A stretch of 30,412 nt of DNA, taken from positions 1 through 30,412 of the forward strand of contig JAFGNY010000234.1 in assembly GCA_016926765.1 (NCBI GenBank), given 5' to 3'. Every line of letters starts with the position of its first letter. Within the stretch, counting starts at the first letter, position 1. Positions 25,297-30,412 of this stretch are shown in pieces. The stretch comes from Bacteroidales bacterium (GTDB lineage: Bacteria; Bacteroidota; Bacteroidia; Bacteroidales; FEN-979). The position numbers and the translations under genes were made by a program. The notes beneath the pieces were generated by a model. That model saw only the letters and a program-made list of their open reading frames with translations, was not told the origin of the DNA and made no database searches.

Positions 25297-26088
25297 TTAA
25301 TGTATCGTAAAGGAATCCCAGTCCAGCCCGAAAGGAAACGACTCCCGGAATTTCTTCATCTCTTCAAAATTCAGTGCAACGGTTTTCACGATCTCCTCCC
25401 CCTGCTCTGCCTGAAACAATACCTTCCCCTGTGGATCCACCACCATCGAGTCGCCGGTATGGTCCATTCCGTTTCCATCCTTCCCAACCCTGTTCACACC
25501 GGCAGTGTAAGCCATGTTTTCTATCGCTCTCGCTACCATCAGCGCTTTCCACGCGAAAGAGCGAACAACAGGCCAGTTCGCCAGGTAAACCAGAAGATCA
25601 TATTCGTAGTCCTCTTCTCTGATGCGGTTTTTACTCCATACAGGAAACCGCAGGTCGTAACAGATCATCGGCATCAGCTTCCATCCTTTCAGCGGGATGA
25701 TCGTTCTCTCTTCCCCTTTCTTTATTCGTTGGATCTCGGGACTCAAACGAAAAAGATGCCGTTTATCGTATGTCAGGAAGGTGCCGTCGGGATAGTAAAA
25801 GACCAGCCTGTTCAGATAGGACTCTCCCTCTGTGATCAGCAGGGTGGCGGCAACTGCTGTCTTTTTTGTCTCGGCCATTTCGCGAAGGAACTGCATGGAA
25901 GCTCCTTCCATCGGTTCGGCACAACACTCCGGATTGATGGAAAATCCGTGATTAAAGACTTCCGGAAGAAGGATCAGATCGGTGGGCTCATGGATCCCTT
26001 CTATCAGACTGCGGAAGTGATCCAGGTTCTTCTGACGCTCTTCCCAGAAAAGGGAAGTCTGGATTAATGTGATGTTGAGGTCTTCCAT
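25297..26088 (-). CDS. Nitrilase-superfamily amidohydrolase (YafV/Nit2 omega-amidase-like)
   Basis: Catalytic E (LLPEVF), K (YDKRHLF), C (ICYDLRFP); ARAIEN..Y..GVNRVG. Confidence 0.9.
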   Translation of the reverse strand: MEDLNITLIQTSLFWEERQKNLDHFRSLIEGIHEPTDLILLPEVFNHGFSINPECCAEPMEGASMQFLREMAETKKTAVAATLLITEGESYLNRLVFYYPDGTFLTYDKRHLFRLSPEIQRIKKGEERTIIPLKGWKLMPMICYDLRFPVWSKNRIREEDYEYDLLVYLANWPVVRSFAWKALMVARAIENMAYTAGVNRVGKDGNGMDHTGDSMVVDPQGKVLFQAEQGEEIVKTVALNFEEMKKFRESFPFGLDWDSFTIH

Positions 26089-26148
26089 CCGGATTTGGCT
26101 TTTCCGTGTAAAATTAACAAGAGTATGCTAAATGCCGTCTAAAAATTT

Positions 26149-26156
26149 TAATTTTG
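26149..26156 (+). promoter_or_regulatory. Bacteroidota -7 box upstream of pgk
   Basis: TAATTTTG; overlaps the track's TTG start at 26154, favouring ATG 26181. Confidence 0.6.
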
Positions 26157-26180
26157 CTTCAGTCACAAAAGATCTTCATT

Positions 26181-27371
26181 ATGCGAACCGTCAATGATTT
26201 CAACTTCCAGGATAAGCGGGCATTGATCCGTGTTGATTTTAATGTTCCCCTGGATGCCTCTTTCCAGATCACGGATACCACCCGGATTGACGCGGCGATC
26301 CCTACGATCGAAAAAATCCTGAATGATGGAGGTTCTGTGATCCTGATGTCGCACCTGGGCAGGCCAAAAAGCGGCCCTGAAGAGAAGTTTTCCCTGAAGC
26401 ATCTTCTTCCTTACCTTTCGGAAAAGCTGGGGCGACCGTTGAAGTTTGCTGACGACTGCATCGGCCCCTCCGCCGTTGAGCTATCGGCCACCCTGCAGCC
26501 CGGAGAGGTGTTACTGCTCGAGAACCTCCGGTTTTACAAAGAAGAGGAGAAGGGCGATGAAGGCTTTGCCCGTCAGTTGGCCGACCTTGGGGATGTCTAT
26601 GTCAACGATGCCTTTGGTACCGCTCACCGGGCACATGCCTCCACGGCTGTCATCGCGAAATTCTTTCCCGAAGCCAAACTGTTCGGCTTTGTGATGAGCA
26701 ATGAGATCCTCAACATCGACAAAGTATTAAAGGATACACCCCGTCCCTTTACCGCCATCCTTGGAGGGGCGAAAGTTTCGGGCAAGATCGAGATCATCAA
26801 CCAGCTGATGGACAAAGTCGACAATTTGTTGATCGGCGGCGGAATGATGTTCACTTTCATCAAGGCAATGGGCGGCGAAGTGGGCGCTTCCCTGGTGGAG
26901 GATGACCTGCTGGAGCTGGCAAAGAATACGGTGGAGGGGGCCAAGATGCTTGGGGTGAACCTCTATCTTCCACCGGATGCCATTGTTGCTGATGCATTCT
27001 CCAACGATGCCAATAAGAAGACCTGCAGCGCCTACGACATCCAGATCCCCTGGATGGGGCTTGATATCGGGCCGGCTACCTGCGATAAGTTCCGTCATGT
27101 TATCTCGAAATCAGCCGCCATCCTCTGGAACGGACCCATGGGCGTTTTTGAGATGAACCAGTTCGAAGCGGGGACCCGGTTCATCGCTGAAGCGGTTGCA
27201 GAAGCCACTTCCAACGGGGCGTTTACCCTGATCGGCGGAGGCGACTCGGTGGCAGCGATCAACAAATACGGGCTGGCCGATAAGGTCAGCTATGTCTCAA
27301 CCGGCGGAGGCGCCATGCTGGAATATATCGAAGGTAAAGAGCTGCCAGGCATCAAAGCCATCCTCGGGTGA
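26181..27371 (+). CDS. pgk: Phosphoglycerate kinase
   Basis: [60 protein letters not shown]. Confidence 0.98.
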   Translation: MRTVNDFNFQDKRALIRVDFNVPLDASFQITDTTRIDAAIPTIEKILNDGGSVILMSHLGRPKSGPEEKFSLKHLLPYLSEKLGRPLKFADDCIGPSAVELSATLQPGEVLLLENLRFYKEEEKGDEGFARQLADLGDVYVNDAFGTAHRAHASTAVIAKFFPEAKLFGFVMSNEILNIDKVLKDTPRPFTAILGGAKVSGKIEIINQLMDKVDNLLIGGGMMFTFIKAMGGEVGASLVEDDLLELAKNTVEGAKMLGVNLYLPPDAIVADAFSNDANKKTCSAYDIQIPWMGLDIGPATCDKFRHVISKSAAILWNGPMGVFEMNQFEAGTRFIAEAVAEATSNGAFTLIGGGDSVAAINKYGLADKVSYVSTGGGAMLEYIEGKELPGIKAILG

Positions 27372-28417
27372 CACGGATCCTTCTCAGCCGGACCGACCGT
27401 ATCGGAGATGTTGTTCTGACCCTCCCGCTAGCCGGTGTGCTGAAAAAATACCTGCCCCAAACCACCCTGCTTTTCCTGGGGAAAACTTACACGCGGCCTG
27501 TGATTGAAGCTTGCAGCTTTGTGGACGAGTTCATCGACTGGGATCTCCTTGCAGAGCTCCCCTACCGGGAACAGGTAGCAGCATTCAGGGCATTTCGCGC
27601 TGATGCGGTCATTCATGTGTTTATGAACCGAACGATCGCTAAGCTGGCCGATGCAGCCGACATTCCGGTGAAGGTCGGTTCTGCCCATCGCCTGTTCAGT
27701 TGGCTCTATTGCAACCAGGTGGTGTGGTTCAGCCGCCGTCATTCCGATCTGCACGAAGCTCAACTCAACCTGAAATTGTTAAAACCCCTTGGGATTGAAG
27801 TGATGCTGGAGAGGGAGAGGATCCCGGAATATTATGGATTGCAGGCAGATGCGCGATACGAGATACGCGATACGAGATACGCGATGCGCGATCCAGCATC
27901 CGATATCCGGAATCCGGAATCCGGAATCCGGGATCAGGAATCCCGGTTCCGTCTGATCCTCCACCCCAAATCCAAAGGCAGCGCCCGGGAGTGGGGGCTG
28001 GAGAACTTTTCCCGGCTGATTGAGCTACTTCCGCAAAATAAATTCAGCATCTATATCACAGGGACGAAAGCGGAAGGGGAACTGATGAAGGAGTTCCTGG
28101 AAAAACACCGGGAGCAGGTCACCGATAGGACCGGGAAGATGGATCTATCTGAACTGATGGAGTTTATCAACTCGTGCGACGGAATGGTGGCAGCCAGCAC
28201 CGGACCTCTCCATCTTGCTGCCGCTTCCGGGAAAGTCGCCATTGGCTTATATGCTCCCATGCGCCCGATCCATCCGGCCCGGTGGGCTCCTTTGGGTAAA
28301 AACGCATCCTATCTCGTGCTCGATAAACCCTGCAACGACTGTCGCAAGAACCTGGACTGTCACTGTATGAAGGAGATCAGGGCAGAGGAAGTCGTTGCCA
28401 TGCTCATGAATGATTGA
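27368..28417 (+). CDS. Glycosyltransferase family 9 (heptosyltransferase-like), with a repeat-derived linker
   Basis: Plus strand from GTG 27368 reads GTG ACA CGG ATC CTT CTC AGC = MTRILLS, overlapping the pgk stop (GTGA); [29 protein letters not shown]. The track's minus label is wrong. Confidence 0.92.
   Translation: MTRILLSRTDRIGDVVLTLPLAGVLKKYLPQTTLLFLGKTYTRPVIEACSFVDEFIDWDLLAELPYREQVAAFRAFRADAVIHVFMNRTIAKLADAADIPVKVGSAHRLFSWLYCNQVVWFSRRHSDLHEAQLNLKLLKPLGIEVMLERERIPEYYGLQADARYEIRDTRYAMRDPASDIRNPESGIRDQESRFRLILHPKSKGSAREWGLENFSRLIELLPQNKFSIYITGTKAEGELMKEFLEKHREQVTDRTGKMDLSELMEFINSCDGMVAASTGPLHLAAASGKVAIGLYAPMRPIHPARWAPLGKNASYLVLDKPCNDCRKNLDCHCMKEIRAEEVVAMLMND
27848..27945 (+). repeat. In-frame array of 14 phase-locked heptamers in the GT9 gene
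   Basis: GATGCGC GATACGA GATACGC GATACGA GATACGC GATGCGC GATCCAG CATCCGA TATCCGG AATCCGG AATCCGG AATCCGG GATCAGG AATCCCG. Confidence 0.93.
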
Positions 28418-28482
28418 TTCCCGGCTTCCCTTCCTGATGGTATCTCAACCGTAAATCCTCCTTCATACATCTACATTCTCCA

Positions 28483-28510
28483 TCGTACTTCGTAAATCGT
28501 ATTTCGTACT
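28483..28510. repeat. TCGTA-core heptamer array between convergent GT9 and cvpA genes
   Basis: TCGTACT TCGTAAA TCGTATT TCGTACT. Confidence 0.8.
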
Positions 28511-28597
28511 TCCAGGGTATCATTGTCATCCCAACGAGGGAGGGAAAGTGATGGTTGGTAAATGGAACAAGCAAATAGATACTATCTTTCTGAACCA

Positions 28598-29104
28598 TCA
28601 TTGAAACAGCTCCGGTACTCTGATCTCTGTTCCGGTCCAACGGATGATCGCCGGGAAAACGGCAGCAACAGGTTTGTAGAAGACAGACTCCTCTCTGACT
28701 TTTGTGGTGATCAGATGCCTGTCAGGGTCGGCAAGGTTGATGATATAAAAAATGACACTCAGGATCAGCACGCTTTTCACCAACCCGAGCAAACCGCCTG
28801 CCAGATGGTTTAAAAAACCTATCCCGATTACCGAAACCACTTTTTCGATCAGTTTCCCTACCAGCAGCACAGCGATCAGAACCGCCAGAAAAGTAACGGA
28901 AAAGGAGATCACCGGGAGGTAGGAAGAAGAGATGTCAAAGGCTGATTTCAGGATGCCGGAGGCGAAATGGGAAAAGTAGACCGCCGCATAGATCCCCAGG
29001 ATCAGGGCCACCAGCGTGGCCAGACTGATGATCAGCCCTTTGCGGAATCCAAGGATTACCATCAGCCCGGCAAACACCAGGATCACAATGTCGATGACCT
29101 GCAT
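28598..29104 (-). CDS. cvpA: CvpA family (colicin V production) membrane protein
   Basis: IDIVILV...GFRKGLI, four TM segments, LN.LAGGLLG.VKS..ILS, ES.FY. Confidence 0.88.
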   Translation of the reverse strand: MQVIDIVILVFAGLMVILGFRKGLIISLATLVALILGIYAAVYFSHFASGILKSAFDISSSYLPVISFSVTFLAVLIAVLLVGKLIEKVVSVIGIGFLNHLAGGLLGLVKSVLILSVIFYIINLADPDRHLITTKVREESVFYKPVAAVFPAIIRWTGTEIRVPELFQ

Positions 29105-29859
29105 CAGTAATTCGGCTTTTTAAGGCGGGAGGTAAGTTCTGTCCCGAAGACAAATTCGTTCAATTCGGGATTGGTGGTCTCCAGGATCTCATCTTTTGTC
29201 CCTTTCCACCACAATGCTCCCTTGTAAATAAAATTGACCTGGTCTCCGATACTCAGGACCGAGTTCATGTCGTGGGTATTGACAATGGTGGTGATATCAT
29301 ACTCCTGCGTGATCTCCTCAATCAGGTGGTCGATCACCCCGGCCGTCTGGGGATCGAGGCCGCTGTTGGGTTCATCGCAAAAGAGGTATTCCGGGTTCAT
29401 GGCAATCGCCCGGGCAATTGCCACCCGTTTGCGCATTCCGCCGCTGAGTTCCGATGGCATCAGTAAATTGGAATTCTCCAGGTTGACCCGTTTCAGCACA
29501 AAGTTCACCCGTTCCTTCTTCTCTTCAATCGATTTATCTGTGAACATGCTGAGGGGGAACATCACATTCTCCTCCACATTCATCATGTCGAACAAAGCGC
29601 CCATCTGGAAAAGCATGCCAATCTCCTTCCGGATCTGTTTACGCTGGTCGCTCTTCATGGCGGAAAAATTCCGGTTGTTGTAAAGGACCTTGCCAGAATC
29701 CGGTTCATATAACCCAACCAGGCATTTCATCAGGACGGTCTTTCCCGAACCGCTCTGGCCAATGATCAGATTGCTTTTCCCTTTTTCAAAAAGACAGGAG
29801 ATATCTTTGAGGACACGGTTGTCGCCGAAATATTTGTCGATATGGACCGCTTCGATCAT
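29104..29859 (-). CDS. mlaF: ABC transporter ATP-binding protein, MlaF/Mkl type
   Basis: Walker A GQSGSGKT, signature LSGGM, Walker B FCDEPNSGLDP, THD; adjacent to mlaE. Confidence 0.88.
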   Translation of the reverse strand: MIEAVHIDKYFGDNRVLKDISCLFEKGKSNLIIGQSGSGKTVLMKCLVGLYEPDSGKVLYNNRNFSAMKSDQRKQIRKEIGMLFQMGALFDMMNVEENVMFPLSMFTDKSIEEKKERVNFVLKRVNLENSNLLMPSELSGGMRKRVAIARAIAMNPEYLFCDEPNSGLDPQTAGVIDHLIEEITQEYDITTIVNTHDMNSVLSIGDQVNFIYKGALWWKGTKDEILETTNPELNEFVFGTELTSRLKKPNY

Positions 29860-30412
29860 GTTAGCAGGATTTGGGTCAGGATGAGGTTGAAAAGAATGAT
29901 CAGGATGCTGCTCGAGACAACCGCTTTGGTACTTGCCTGTCCGACCTCAAGCGCCCCCCCCTGAGTCATGTATCCATAAAATCCGGCAACCGTAGAGATG
30001 ATAAAAGCAAAAAAGACCGTCTTGATAAGCGCATAGAAGACGATATAGGGGCGAAAATCATACCGGATGCCGTAAAGGTAATCGGTGGTGGTCACCAGTC
30101 CTGAAGCCTCCATGGCGATCCATCCTCCCAACACCCCCAGCCACATGCTGAAGACGATCAGTACGGGATTGATCAGCAGGCAGGCGACCACTTTGGGGAA
30201 GATCAGGTAGTTGGCCGAGTTGACTCCCATGATCTCCAGGGCATCGATCTGCTCGGTTACCCGCATGGTCCCGATTTCGGAAGCAATCCGTGAGCCTACT
30301 TTCCCGGCCAGAATCAGGCTGATCACGGTAGGCGAGAACTCCAGTATGATCGATTGCGCCGTGGTAAATCCAACCATCGAGAGAGGGATCAGCGGGCTGT
30401 CGATATTGAATG
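29856..30412 (-). CDS. mlaE: MlaE family ABC permease (5' end outside the window)
   Basis: LEFSP...LILAGKVGS.IASEIGTMRVTEQIDALE.MG; the frame stays open to the window edge (FNIDSPLIPLS-MVGF). Confidence 0.92.
   Translation of the reverse strand, partial: FNIDSPLIPLSMVGFTTAQSIILEFSPTVISLILAGKVGSRIASEIGTMRVTEQIDALEIMGVNSANYLIFPKVVACLLINPVLIVFSMWLGVLGGWIAMEASGLVTTTDYLYGIRYDFRPYIVFYALIKTVFFAFIISTVAGFYGYMTQGGALEVGQASTKAVVSSSILIILFNLILTQILLT

Noticed and set aside
27368-28417. ORF-track label of the GT9 ORF as minus strand
   Set aside because: The given protein is read directly from the plus strand at 27368 (GTG ACA CGG ATC...) and ends at TGA 28415-28417.

Overview
A 30.4 kb chromosomal window from a Bacteroidota (probably Bacteroidia) bacterium, judged from T9SS C-terminal domains, TAnnTTTG -7 promoter boxes and a Bacteroidota-type atpA insert. 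It holds mostly housekeeping genes: nuoB(partial)/nuoA, DUF3109, ferritin, an atpBEFHAG operon without atpD/atpC, tolC-MFP-tsaB, an Omp28/T9SS protein, glutaryl-CoA dehydrogenase-like ACAD, ispG, an accessory FG-GAP/PKD/LamG T9SS protein with a membrane AraC regulator, a lipid kinase, envelope glycan genes, pgk, cvpA and mlaF/mlaE(partial). No rRNA, tRNA, CRISPR, integrase or transposase was seen. The most striking signal is non-genic: about ten 7-bp or 8-bp tandem arrays, often next to REP-like hairpins. Three are inserted in frame inside ispG, tsaB and a GT9 glycosyltransferase, and others sit on stop codons. The supplied ORF track mislabels the GT9 gene (27368..28417) as minus strand; it is plus. 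All calls are from reading the sequence and remembered family motifs; no searches were run.
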